DNA of 64,000 nt from assembly GCA_026387335.1 (NCBI GenBank), contig JAPLLX010000001.1, forward strand, positions 170,620 through 234,619. The letters are read 5' to 3'. The notes below the pieces were generated by a model that worked only from the letters and a program-made list of their open reading frames with translations, was not told the DNA's origin and did no database searches. The stretch comes from Candidatus Omnitrophota bacterium. GTDB taxonomy: Bacteria > Omnitrophota > Gorgyraeia > Gygaellales > Profunditerraquicolaceae. Of the stretch, positions 20,162-29,562 are shown piece after piece. Position numbers and translations under genes: made by a program. Each line of letters starts with the position of its first letter. The first letter of the stretch is position 1.

Positions 20162-21409
20162 ATGACTTTGCGCGAGAAGATTTTAGTTGTATGTGAGAAG
20201 ATGATTTATTGGGGGATAATCCTTATACCGTTTGTGGTAAGTTTCTCTTCAGCCGCGGTAAATATCTTTATCGGTTTTGTAATTGTAGGATTCTTGGCTA
20301 AGAGGATAATCTTACGGGATCGCTCGTTCATTAAAACTCCCGTAAGTATCCCGTTTCTTTTGCTTATCGCAATCGCGTTGGTTTCCTTTATAAATTCAGT
20401 GAATATAAAATCCAGTATCCAAGGCATTGAAAAACTACTTAAATACGGCTTTTTGTTTCTGATTATGGTTGCGGAAATTAAAGATAAAAAACATGTTCAA
20501 AGGATAGTCGTAGCTATTATTGCCGGTTTGTTCCTGGCCTCAGCGGATGGTTTTTACTCGCTTATTTTCGGTAAAGATCTGTTTAACGGAGAGCCTCCGC
20601 AGTTTGTAATCGGTTTATCCCGGATAAGGGCAGCTTTTCCGCATACAAATATCTTCGGTGGCTATCTTACATTGTTTTTGGCGCTTCCCATATCATTAGC
20701 GCTGTATTATTTAAAAGGCCGTAAAAAGGTATTAGTAAGCATAGTCTCAGCTTTTGTGCTTTACGCCTTGATTTATACGTTTTCACGCAGCGCCATTTTG
20801 GGGGCATGGGTGGCAGTGCTTTTTATGGCATTAATAAAAAAGGATAAAATTATCCTTTTATTACTTCTATTATCGGTTATTTTATTGCCAATACTTATCC
20901 CGCGAAATATCGCGAATTGGGCAAGTAAGCAGGCATCTGTCTGGCAGATTGTTTTTGACGATACAAGGCTTAGTATATACCGGACATCTTTAAATATGAT
21001 TCAACATCACCCTATGATAGGGGTAGGGGTAAATACCTACTGCCTTAATTTCCAAAAGTATAAAGTGTATGAGAGCGAAGATTATACCGGCGATACCCAA
21101 TGGTACGCTCACAATATTTATTTGCATATGGCAGGTGAAATAGGCTTAACCGGATTGTTAATATTCATTTGGTTGCTTTTCATAGTTTTTAAGTATTGGG
21201 CTTATTTTTACCGTAGGGTTAACGGCGATGAATTCCTTAAGACTTGCAGTTTGGGTATTACCGCTGGCCTTGTAGCATTCCTTATTAACGGAATGACTGA
21301 AACAAATCTGTATTATTCTAAGATCGCGACATTTTTCTGGTTTCAAATCGGTTTATTACTGGCAATCATTAAATTAAAAAGAGGTGATTATGAAAAACGA
21401 AAAAATTAA
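20162..21409 (+). CDS. O-antigen ligase family protein (second copy)
   Basis: FPHTNIFGGY, TFSRSA, HPMIGVGVNTY, AHNIYLHMAGEIG. Confidence 0.88.
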   Translation: MTLREKILVVCEKMIYWGIILIPFVVSFSSAAVNIFIGFVIVGFLAKRIILRDRSFIKTPVSIPFLLLIAIALVSFINSVNIKSSIQGIEKLLKYGFLFLIMVAEIKDKKHVQRIVVAIIAGLFLASADGFYSLIFGKDLFNGEPPQFVIGLSRIRAAFPHTNIFGGYLTLFLALPISLALYYLKGRKKVLVSIVSAFVLYALIYTFSRSAILGAWVAVLFMALIKKDKIILLLLLLSVILLPILIPRNIANWASKQASVWQIVFDDTRLSIYRTSLNMIQHHPMIGVGVNTYCLNFQKYKVYESEDYTGDTQWYAHNIYLHMAGEIGLTGLLIFIWLLFIVFKYWAYFYRRVNGDEFLKTCSLGITAGLVAFLINGMTETNLYYSKIATFFWFQIGLLLAIIKLKRGDYEKRKN

Positions 21410-22187
21410 GGTAGTTATTTTATGCGGCGGCAGAGGAACGCGTTTAAGAGAAGAGACTGAGATAAGGCCGAAACCGTTGGTAGAAATCGGCAGTAGACCG
21501 ATTTTGTGGCATATCATGAAGACTTATTCTCATTATGGTTTTAAGGATTTTGTGTTATGCCTGGGGTATAAAGGCGACCTTATTAAAGATTATTTCTTAA
21601 ACTATGAAGCAATGAATAACGATTTTACCATTAATTTAGGCAACCGCAGTAATGTTATCTTTCATAATTCACATCTTGAAAAAGATTGGAACGTAACCCT
21701 GGTAAATACGGGAGCTCATGCGCAGACAGGTGCCCGGATAAAAAGAATTGAAGAGTATATTGACAGCGAAACTTTTATGGTTACATATGGAGACGGGGTT
21801 GGCGATATAAATATTAAGGAATTGCTCGAGTTTCATAGAGAAAATAAGAGTATTGGCACATTGACGGGTGTTCATCCATCTTCGCGATTTGGCGAGCTTT
21901 TGGTGAAAGGAAAGAATATTGTTGAATTTAATGAAAAGCCCCTGGTAAGTCAGGGTTTTATAAACGGAGGGTTTTTCATATTTAATAGAGAATTATTTCA
22001 TTATTTAAGTAATGAAGATAAATGTACGCTTGAACATGAGCCGCTAGGAAAGCTATCTAGAGATGGAAAACTTTCTGTTTATAAGCATGATGGTTTTTGG
22101 CAGTGTATGGATACTCAGCGTGAGCTTGACATATTGAATGATCTCTGGAAGCAAGGAAAGGCCCCTTGGAAGATTTGGAAGGATTAA
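21390..22187 (+). CDS. rfbF: Glucose-1-phosphate cytidylyltransferase
   Basis: LCGGRGTRLREET, PKPLVEIG, TGARIK, TYGDGV, GFWQCMDT, APWKIW; start ATG 21390 after GAGGTG. Confidence 0.93.
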   Translation: MKNEKIKVVILCGGRGTRLREETEIRPKPLVEIGSRPILWHIMKTYSHYGFKDFVLCLGYKGDLIKDYFLNYEAMNNDFTINLGNRSNVIFHNSHLEKDWNVTLVNTGAHAQTGARIKRIEEYIDSETFMVTYGDGVGDINIKELLEFHRENKSIGTLTGVHPSSRFGELLVKGKNIVEFNEKPLVSQGFINGGFFIFNRELFHYLSNEDKCTLEHEPLGKLSRDGKLSVYKHDGFWQCMDTQRELDILNDLWKQGKAPWKIWKD

Positions 22188-22190
22188 TAT

Positions 22191-23165
22191 ATGCCTAAGA
22201 GTTTTTGGAAAAATAAGAAGGTTTTGGTTACAGGTTATGAAGGGTTTCTTGGATCTTGGTTAGCAAAGACTTTAGTCGAGTTAGGCTCAAGGGTAGTCGG
22301 TATCGATATAATCAAAGACAGGCCACATTCAGTGTTGGAAGGCTACAGGAAAAGACTGGTTTCTATAAAGGCAGATGTATCAAATTTAAGCTTAGTCCGA
22401 AAAACGGTAATTGAGCATAGGCCCTCTGTAATCTTTCATCTTGCGGCAGAGGCTATAGTTGGACGCGCAAACATAGATCCAGTTAGGGCTTTTAAATCAA
22501 ACATTGAGGGGACTTGGAATATACTGGAGGCTTCAAGGGGTATGAAATTTATTGATTCGATAGTTGTAGCTTCCAGCGATAAAGCTTACGGCCCACATAG
22601 AGACCTGCCTTATTATGAAGATACAACAGCTTTAAAAGGCGATCATCCTTATGATGTTTCCAAAAGTTGCGCTGATCTTCTGTGCAATGCTTATTTTGTT
22701 TCTTTTAAATTGCCTGTATGTGTTACCAGATGCGGTAATATATACGGTCCGGGAGATAACAATTTCTCCAGGCTTATGCCGGATTTATTCAGGTCAATCG
22801 CAAGAAACAAAACCTTTATGATAAGGAGTGATGGAGCATTTACGCGCGATTATATTTATGTTGAGGATGTAATCAGTGGTTATATTTTACTCGGTGAGAA
22901 GATGAAGAGTAAGAATTTAGCTGGCCAGTCGTTTAATCTAAGTAACGAGAAGCCATTATCGGTAATTTCGATGGTTAAAACTGTTTATAAGCTGGCAGGT
23001 AAAAAGCCAAACTATAAAATACTTAATTCAACTTGCAATGAAATAAAAGACCAATATTTATGCTCATCAAAAGCAAAACGGATTCTTAGCTGGAAAGCAA
23101 GATACGAGTTATCCAAAGGATTAAACAAGGCAATGGGTTACTATATGAACAGGTTTAGCAGATAA
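22191..23165 (+). CDS. rfbG: CDP-glucose 4,6-dehydratase-like NAD-dependent enzyme
   Basis: FWKNKKVLVTGYEGFLGSWL, SSDKAY, PYDVSK, RCGNIYGPGD; follows rfbF. Confidence 0.75.
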   Translation: MPKSFWKNKKVLVTGYEGFLGSWLAKTLVELGSRVVGIDIIKDRPHSVLEGYRKRLVSIKADVSNLSLVRKTVIEHRPSVIFHLAAEAIVGRANIDPVRAFKSNIEGTWNILEASRGMKFIDSIVVASSDKAYGPHRDLPYYEDTTALKGDHPYDVSKSCADLLCNAYFVSFKLPVCVTRCGNIYGPGDNNFSRLMPDLFRSIARNKTFMIRSDGAFTRDYIYVEDVISGYILLGEKMKSKNLAGQSFNLSNEKPLSVISMVKTVYKLAGKKPNYKILNSTCNEIKDQYLCSSKAKRILSWKARYELSKGLNKAMGYYMNRFSR

Positions 23166-24118
23166 TGAATATAAATGGAAAAAACATTCTTATAACAGGT
23201 GCAACTGGTTTTGTTGGTGCCAATCTCGTCCGGTATTTTATAAATAAAAAAGCAAGGGTTAACATTTTTAAGAGAAAACAATCAGAATTATGGAGAATCA
23301 ATGATATAAAAAACAAATTTTTTTCGCACGATGTTAATCTTTTAAACCATGCGGATGTTAAGAGGGCAGTAAAAATAATTAAGCCGGAAGTAGTAATTCA
23401 TACCGCAACTTATGGCGGGCACGTAACCCAGCGAAATATTCCGCTTATCTTTAAGACTAATTTTGATGCAACGATAAATCTCTTAGATTCTTCCCTTAAG
23501 TCAGGAGCCGGTATTTTTATTAACACAGGATCAAGTTCAGAATATGGCCTCAAAAATTGCCCTATGAAGGAAACGGATGTGCTTAAGCCTATAACACCTT
23601 ACGGAGCTTCCAAGGCACTGGCGACAATTTATTGTCAATACGCGGCTAAGAAATTCAGTGTGCCTGTCGTAACGCTAAGATTATTTTCTCCGTATGGTTA
23701 TTATGATGACGTAAACAGGGCAGTTAGCTATTTGATTTTATCATGCCTCAGGAAAACTCCGCTGAATATTAAATCTCCTGATTCCGTAAGGGATTTTGTA
23801 TTTATTGAAGATGTAATAGAATCTTACGGGAATGTTTTAAGGAATAGTAGTAATTTATCCGGGGAAATATTTAATATAGGCTCGGGCAAGCAGTACTCTA
23901 TAAAATATTTGGCGGAGAAGATTGCGAGATTAACCGGTATGAATGCGCAGCTATCTTTCCAGAAGAAGAATAAAACTCTGATGACTGAGCCAAAAACCTG
24001 GGTAGCTGATTGCTCTTTATCTTTTAAGGAACTCGGCTGGAGTCCTAAATTTAATATTGAGGGCGGACTTAAGAAAACAATAAATTGGTTTAGGAGCAAT
24101 ATTGGTTTGTATTCTTAG
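23165..24118 (+). CDS. NAD-dependent epimerase/reductase (paralog of 12455..13399)
   Basis: TGATGFVG, NTGSSSEYG, YGASK. Confidence 0.85.
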   Translation: MNINGKNILITGATGFVGANLVRYFINKKARVNIFKRKQSELWRINDIKNKFFSHDVNLLNHADVKRAVKIIKPEVVIHTATYGGHVTQRNIPLIFKTNFDATINLLDSSLKSGAGIFINTGSSSEYGLKNCPMKETDVLKPITPYGASKALATIYCQYAAKKFSVPVVTLRLFSPYGYYDDVNRAVSYLILSCLRKTPLNIKSPDSVRDFVFIEDVIESYGNVLRNSSNLSGEIFNIGSGKQYSIKYLAEKIARLTGMNAQLSFQKKNKTLMTEPKTWVADCSLSFKELGWSPKFNIEGGLKKTINWFRSNIGLYS

Positions 24119-24121
24119 CAT

Positions 24122-25915
24122 ATGAAATCTTCCGACTATATAATAAATTTTTTAAGCAAAAATAAAGTGACTCATGTTTTTGAGGTTTGCGGCGGTGCCA
24201 TCACGCATTTACTTGATTCGATGTATGGCAGGAAAGATATTGCTGCTGTGTCTATGCATCATGAGCAGGCAGCGGCGTTTGCTGCAGAAGGATATTCTAG
24301 GGCCAGTGGAAACATAGGTGTGGCTATGGCTACAAGCGGGCCAGGCGCAACAAATCTGATAACCGGTATTGGCAGCGCTTTTTTTGATTCAACCGCTACC
24401 CTGTTTATAACCGGTCAGGTAAACACATATGAATTTAAATTCAAAAAACCGATAAGGCAAAAAGGTTTTCAGGAGGCGGATATTGTAAGTATTGTTAGGC
24501 CTATTGTTAAAGAAGCGCATCTTATTGATAAACCGGAAAAAATTGTAAAAAACCTCAGAAAGGCTTTTTATACAGCAAAATCCGGAAGGCCGGGCCCTGT
24601 TCTTTTAGACATACCTATGGATATACAGCGTTTTAATTTGCCTTATAAGCGTGCGGATAAAGTTTATAATCTTAAATATATAAATTCCAGGCCTAGTTCT
24701 AAAGCGATCAGTCAAATAATAAGGCTTTTATCTATTGCTTCTCGACCAGTAATTATTTCCGGAGGCGGAGTGGGAATTTCCGGAGCAAGACAAGAATTGT
24801 TGTTATTATTAAGGAAAACCGGTATACCTGTTGTTGCTTCTTTGATGGGGTTGGATTCTTGCCCGCACGATATAGCAAATTACTGCGGGATGCTGGGAAC
24901 GTACGGCAACCGATATGCAAATTTGACTGTGGCTAATTCAGATTTAGTATTAGCTTTAGGCACTAGATTAGATACAAGGCAGACTGGCACAGTTTCTTCA
25001 ACATTTGCGCGTGGAGCAAAATTGATTCATATAGATATAGATCAATTTGAACTAAATAACAAGATTAAGGCGGATATTGGTTTAGTTTGCGATGTTAAGT
25101 TGTTTCTCGCAGCTTTAAATAAAAGTTTAACGAAATACAATAAAGCGCGTATATTGCCATGGATCAGTAAGACATTAGAATTTGAATGTAAATACCGGTC
25201 ATGGGTTAATCAGGAGGGCAACAATATAGCTCCAAATCTATTTATGCATATCCTTTCCGGATTTCTGCCCTCGGATGCTATAGTCTGCTTAGATGTTGGG
25301 CAGCATCAGATGTGGGCAGGGCAATCACTTGAGCTGAAAGAGAAGCAGATGTTGATTACGCAGGGGGGTATGGCTTCTATGGGATCCAGCCTACCTATGG
25401 CAATCGGCGCTTCTTTTGCCCAGCCGAATAGGCCTGTAGTTGTAATAACAGGTGACGGTGGATTCCAGTTAAATATCCAGGAGTTGGAAACTTTGCGTTG
25501 CCATAATCTTCCTGTTAAAATAATTCTGCTTAATAATAAAGGATACGGTATGATCCGTCAGTTCCAGCGGCAATATTTCGGGAGTAGATTTCAGTCTACA
25601 GTTAAAGGTTACAGCCAGCCTGATTTTAAGAAAGTAGTTTCAGCTTTCGGCATACCGGCAAGTCGGGTCGAAGGTATTGCTAGTTTAAAAAGTAAACTTA
25701 AGGAATTATTTAAGAGTAACAAGCCGGAATTTCTAGAAGTGATGATAGGTAAAAATAATTTAGTGCTTCCTAAGTTAGCTGTAAACAGGCCGATAGAGGA
25801 TCAGGATCCCCAACTTTCTTTTAATGAGTTAAAAAGCAATATGTTTATAAAGGCGCTGCCAAGAGTAGCCAATAGTTATGATAGAAAGAAGAATAAGAAA
25901 AAAAATATTCGATAA
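24122..25915 (+). CDS. ThDP-dependent acetolactate-synthase-like enzyme, probably YerE-like branched-sugar synthase
   Basis: HEQAAAFAAEGY, TSGPGATN, RPGPV, GDGGFQLN..NN; lies between rfbG and rfbH. Confidence 0.8.
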   Translation: MKSSDYIINFLSKNKVTHVFEVCGGAITHLLDSMYGRKDIAAVSMHHEQAAAFAAEGYSRASGNIGVAMATSGPGATNLITGIGSAFFDSTATLFITGQVNTYEFKFKKPIRQKGFQEADIVSIVRPIVKEAHLIDKPEKIVKNLRKAFYTAKSGRPGPVLLDIPMDIQRFNLPYKRADKVYNLKYINSRPSSKAISQIIRLLSIASRPVIISGGGVGISGARQELLLLLRKTGIPVVASLMGLDSCPHDIANYCGMLGTYGNRYANLTVANSDLVLALGTRLDTRQTGTVSSTFARGAKLIHIDIDQFELNNKIKADIGLVCDVKLFLAALNKSLTKYNKARILPWISKTLEFECKYRSWVNQEGNNIAPNLFMHILSGFLPSDAIVCLDVGQHQMWAGQSLELKEKQMLITQGGMASMGSSLPMAIGASFAQPNRPVVVITGDGGFQLNIQELETLRCHNLPVKIILLNNKGYGMIRQFQRQYFGSRFQSTVKGYSQPDFKKVVSAFGIPASRVEGIASLKSKLKELFKSNKPEFLEVMIGKNNLVLPKLAVNRPIEDQDPQLSFNELKSNMFIKALPRVANSYDRKKNKKKNIR

Positions 25916-27194
25916 TATAAGAGAATTATACAAAATTTCTTGTTGTGTCAATAAGAAAGCCGTTGTCAATCGTCCCATTCCTTATGCGGGCAGGGTGTAT
26001 AACGAGAAGGAGATTATCAACCTGGTGGATGCGTCTTTAGATTTTTGGTTGACCGCGGGTAGATATACGCAAAAATTTGAGAATTTATTATCCAGGTTTC
26101 TTAAGGTTAAATATGTTTCTTTTGTAAACTCTGGATCTTCAGCCAACTTATTAGCTATATCAGCGCTTACTTCTACAAAACTTAAGGACAGAAGGCTGAA
26201 ACCCGGTGATGAGGTGATTACTACTGCCAGTTGTTTTCCTACAACTTTGGCTCCGATTATACAAAATAGATTAGTGCCAGTATTCATAGATGTTGGTTTG
26301 GGAAATTACAATATAGAGGTTAAAAAGATTGAAAAAGCGATAAGTAAGAAGACTAAGGCGATATTCATAGCGCACGCCTTAGGTAATCCCTCCGATATTA
26401 AGACTATTTTAGATATATCCAGAAAATATAAGTTGTGGTTGGTAGAGGATAACTGTGATGCGCTGGGCTCTAAATATAATAATAAATATACCGGAACATT
26501 CGGCCATATTGCTACTTTAAGCTTTTATCCCGCGCATCATATAACTACTGGCGAGGGCGGCGCAGTAATAACTAACGATGGAGCCTTAAGCAGAATCGTT
26601 AATTCTTTTCGCGATTGGGGACGTGATTGTTGGTGTGAATCAGGTTATGATAATTCGTGCAAAAAAAGGTTCAGCTGGAAATTTGGGGAATTACCTTTTG
26701 GGTATGACCACAAGTATGTTTATTCTCATATAGGCTATAATCTTAAGGCCACAGATATGCAGGCAGCTGTAGGAGTGGAGCAGATAAAGAAGCTGCCAGG
26801 TTTTATCAGGAGAAGAAAAGAGAATTTCTTATTGCTATACAATGGGCTTAAGAGCCATGAGCATAGCTTAATACTCCCGGAATGGGAAAAAGGCGCTGAT
26901 CCTGCATGGTTCTGTTTTCCGATTACGGTTAAGGAGCGCGCAAGTTTTAAAAGAGAAGAGCTTACTGCATTTCTTGAGAAATCAGGAGTTCAGACAAGGT
27001 TAATTTTTGCCGGTAACGTGTTAAGACAACCTGCTTTTATGAACATAAAACACCGAGTTACTGGGGGGTTAGACAATACAGATATAGTTATGAAAAATTC
27101 ATTTTTCATAGGAGTTTACCCGGGGATTGAGCGAAAAGATACCCTGTATATAATTAGTCAATTTAATGCTTTCTTTAAGGAGCAAAGTAGATGA
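25878..27194 (+). CDS. rfbH: CDP-4-keto-6-deoxyglucose 3-dehydratase (E1, RfbH/DdhC)
   Basis: NSGSSANL, EDNCDALG, SFYPAHHITTGEGG, RDWGRDCWC, YDHKY. Confidence 0.93.
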   Translation: MIERRIRKKIFDNIRELYKISCCVNKKAVVNRPIPYAGRVYNEKEIINLVDASLDFWLTAGRYTQKFENLLSRFLKVKYVSFVNSGSSANLLAISALTSTKLKDRRLKPGDEVITTASCFPTTLAPIIQNRLVPVFIDVGLGNYNIEVKKIEKAISKKTKAIFIAHALGNPSDIKTILDISRKYKLWLVEDNCDALGSKYNNKYTGTFGHIATLSFYPAHHITTGEGGAVITNDGALSRIVNSFRDWGRDCWCESGYDNSCKKRFSWKFGELPFGYDHKYVYSHIGYNLKATDMQAAVGVEQIKKLPGFIRRRKENFLLLYNGLKSHEHSLILPEWEKGADPAWFCFPITVKERASFKREELTAFLEKSGVQTRLIFAGNVLRQPAFMNIKHRVTGGLDNTDIVMKNSFFIGVYPGIERKDTLYIISQFNAFFKEQSR

Positions 27195-27874
27195 AATTAA
27201 CAATTTTGGTTACTGTTTACAACGAGAAAGCTACTATACTTAAGGCAATCGAAGAGGCCAAAGGAATCCAGGTAGATAAGGAAGTTATTGTTATCGATAA
27301 TTGCTCAACGGACGGAACACGGGAGATCCTTAAGTCTCTGAATGATCAATCTATCCAGGTAGTCTATCAACCTTTAAATTACGGCTATGGCATGTCGGTA
27401 ATTACCGGGATGAGATTGGCTAAAGGCGAATATATGTATGTGCATAATTCCGATTTAGAGTATGATCCGGAATGCGTTTATAGAATGCTTAGCTTAGCTG
27501 AAAATGAAAATCTCGATGCTGTCTTTGGCTCTCGCTTGTCTTCCCGTAAGCAAGATTCAAGGTTTAAGATTCTCAAAGAGAGGCCCTTTTATTTAGGGAC
27601 TATGATTACAACAACACTGATCAATATTCTTTATAACAAGAATTTTACGGATATAATCGGCAATAGATTCTACCGTACGGATTCATTAAGAAAAGTAAGT
27701 CCTCAAATTTCTGGTATTGGTTTTGATTTTGAAGTGGTTAGTAAATTGTGCAAATACAGGTTTAATGTAAATGAAGTCCCGGTTAAATATTCTCCCAGGA
27801 CCTTGGGGAAGAAAATAAAAGTTTATGATATTGTGCCTGCACTGATGACAATATTAAAAGTTAAGTTCTTTTAG
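27191..27874 (+). CDS. GT2 glycosyltransferase (DPM1-like)
   Basis: VYNEK, IDNCSTDGT, NSDLEYDP, AVFGSR, EVPVKYSPR. Confidence 0.85.
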   Translation: MKLTILVTVYNEKATILKAIEEAKGIQVDKEVIVIDNCSTDGTREILKSLNDQSIQVVYQPLNYGYGMSVITGMRLAKGEYMYVHNSDLEYDPECVYRMLSLAENENLDAVFGSRLSSRKQDSRFKILKERPFYLGTMITTTLINILYNKNFTDIIGNRFYRTDSLRKVSPQISGIGFDFEVVSKLCKYRFNVNEVPVKYSPRTLGKKIKVYDIVPALMTILKVKFF

Positions 27875-27883
27875 GATAAAATA

Positions 27884-28447
27884 ATGAAGCTGACAATAGT
27901 TATCCCAGTTCATAACCATAAAGATAATATACTTAAGACAATTGAAGAAGCTAAAAATATCCAGTTGGATAAGGAAATTATCGTGGTAGATAATTGCTCA
28001 ACGGACGGAACACGGGAAATTCTTAAAACCTTAAGCGGTAACGCGGTAAAGATTGTTTATCAGTCTAGGAATTACGGTTATGGGATGTCGGTTGTAACTG
28101 GAATGAATTTAGCGCAAGGCGAGTATTTGTTTATTCATAACCCTGAACTTGGAAACGATTTTAAACGTGTATATGAAATGTTGGATTTGGCGGAAAAAGA
28201 GAGTTTGGATGCTGTTTTTGAGCCTAGGCTGCTCGGTAAGAACTTCGGAATGGTTATCTATGCCGCGCTGGTTAGCCTTTTTTGCGGCAGAGATTTTAGC
28301 GATATAAACGGAAACAGGCTTTACAGGACAGCTTCTTTAAGGAAACTAGACCCCAAAGCCTCAAATATTGGTTTTAATTTTAAGGTGACCAGAAAATTAT
28401 GCAGAGATGGATTTAAGGTGAAGGAAGTTCCGGTAGGAAGAGGATGA
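27884..28447 (+). CDS. Shortened, degenerate tandem duplicate of the preceding GT2
   Basis: Shares DNCSTDGTREILK and NYGYGMSV with the upstream gene, but the DxD region is NPELGND and the protein is 40 aa shorter. Confidence 0.7.
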   Translation: MKLTIVIPVHNHKDNILKTIEEAKNIQLDKEIIVVDNCSTDGTREILKTLSGNAVKIVYQSRNYGYGMSVVTGMNLAQGEYLFIHNPELGNDFKRVYEMLDLAEKESLDAVFEPRLLGKNFGMVIYAALVSLFCGRDFSDINGNRLYRTASLRKLDPKASNIGFNFKVTRKLCRDGFKVKEVPVGRG

Positions 28448-29562
28448 AAAATAAAAAACTCTTAATTGCTATTTTGACAGTTGCTGTTTTAATAAAATTC
28501 GGCTTATTTACTTTTGCGACGCTTCGGGTTCCTCAGAGCAAGTTTGACGGGGATTCCGAAAATTATTTAAATACCGCTTCAATGCTATATTCTAAAGCTG
28601 CGTTTGCGACTCAAGATAGCAATGGTAATCTTAGCCCCCATGTGCTGAGGACCCCCGGTTATCCTGTTTTTCTCGCTATCACGCATAATTTAATGAAGAT
28701 TCCTTTAAGCGGAGTGCTTTTCTTACAGGTTTTATTGACAATCCTGGTTGCTGGGATTGTTTATAAAACCTCGCTACAGATAGACAGCCGTATTGCTTTT
28801 TTAAGCGCGATAATTATATTGTTTGATCTGCCGATAACGGTCTTTTCCTTAAAGATTTTAACTGAGACCCTATTTTTATTATTAGTTTCAATTTTTATTT
28901 ATACGTTTATCAGGTATTTAAAAACAGGAAAAACCGGATTTATCCTGTTATCTTCTTGGCTGCTGGCTATGGCTACCTATACTCGGCCGATCAGCTATTT
29001 TTTAGGTGGAGCAACCGCTATTTTCATAGTTTATGCGAATGTGCTTAAGAATTTTAAAAGGGTTTTTACGCAGGCCTTGATTTTTCTGGTGATAGTTTAC
29101 AGTTTAATTGGCCTATGGCAAATCAGGAATTACCGGTGTTGCGGTGAAAAGTTTATCACTACTATCGCTAGATCTAACTTTCACTACTACGGATTAATTA
29201 AGGAGCCCCAGAGTAAACTTGATTACGCGTATGAATCCTGGCGGTCCTTTCTTTCTCTAATGACCCGGCCGGGGACACTGAAGTATTTCAATTCTAAGCC
29301 GTTAGCAATTACTGCTAAAGTATTAGCTTATCCCTGGATGGCTCTTTGGATGGTTGGTTTCTTGGTGGGTGTCTATAAAATAAGAAGGAATGTTTATTAT
29401 CAATTTCTGCTGCTGGTTATTCTCTATTTTGTCGGAGTCTCTGTTTTTAACCTCTCTTCGGCAGTTTCCGAGAGGTTCAGGGTGCCGATAGTGCCATGTA
29501 TAGCCATTATCTCCGCTTATGGCTGGTCAAACCTTTTAAATGGGGCTTTTAAGAAGAAGTGA
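28444..29562 (+). CDS. GT-C (ArnT/PMT-like) membrane glycosyltransferase
   Basis: DSENY, RTPGYPVFL, LTETLF, TRP, RFRVP. Confidence 0.75.
   Translation: MKNKKLLIAILTVAVLIKFGLFTFATLRVPQSKFDGDSENYLNTASMLYSKAAFATQDSNGNLSPHVLRTPGYPVFLAITHNLMKIPLSGVLFLQVLLTILVAGIVYKTSLQIDSRIAFLSAIIILFDLPITVFSLKILTETLFLLLVSIFIYTFIRYLKTGKTGFILLSSWLLAMATYTRPISYFLGGATAIFIVYANVLKNFKRVFTQALIFLVIVYSLIGLWQIRNYRCCGEKFITTIARSNFHYYGLIKEPQSKLDYAYESWRSFLSLMTRPGTLKYFNSKPLAITAKVLAYPWMALWMVGFLVGVYKIRRNVYYQFLLLVILYFVGVSVFNLSSAVSERFRVPIVPCIAIISAYGWSNLLNGAFKKK

Noticed and set aside
24122-25915. Annotation as housekeeping ilvB
   Set aside because: No ilvN/ilvC neighbours; embedded in a CDP-dideoxysugar operon
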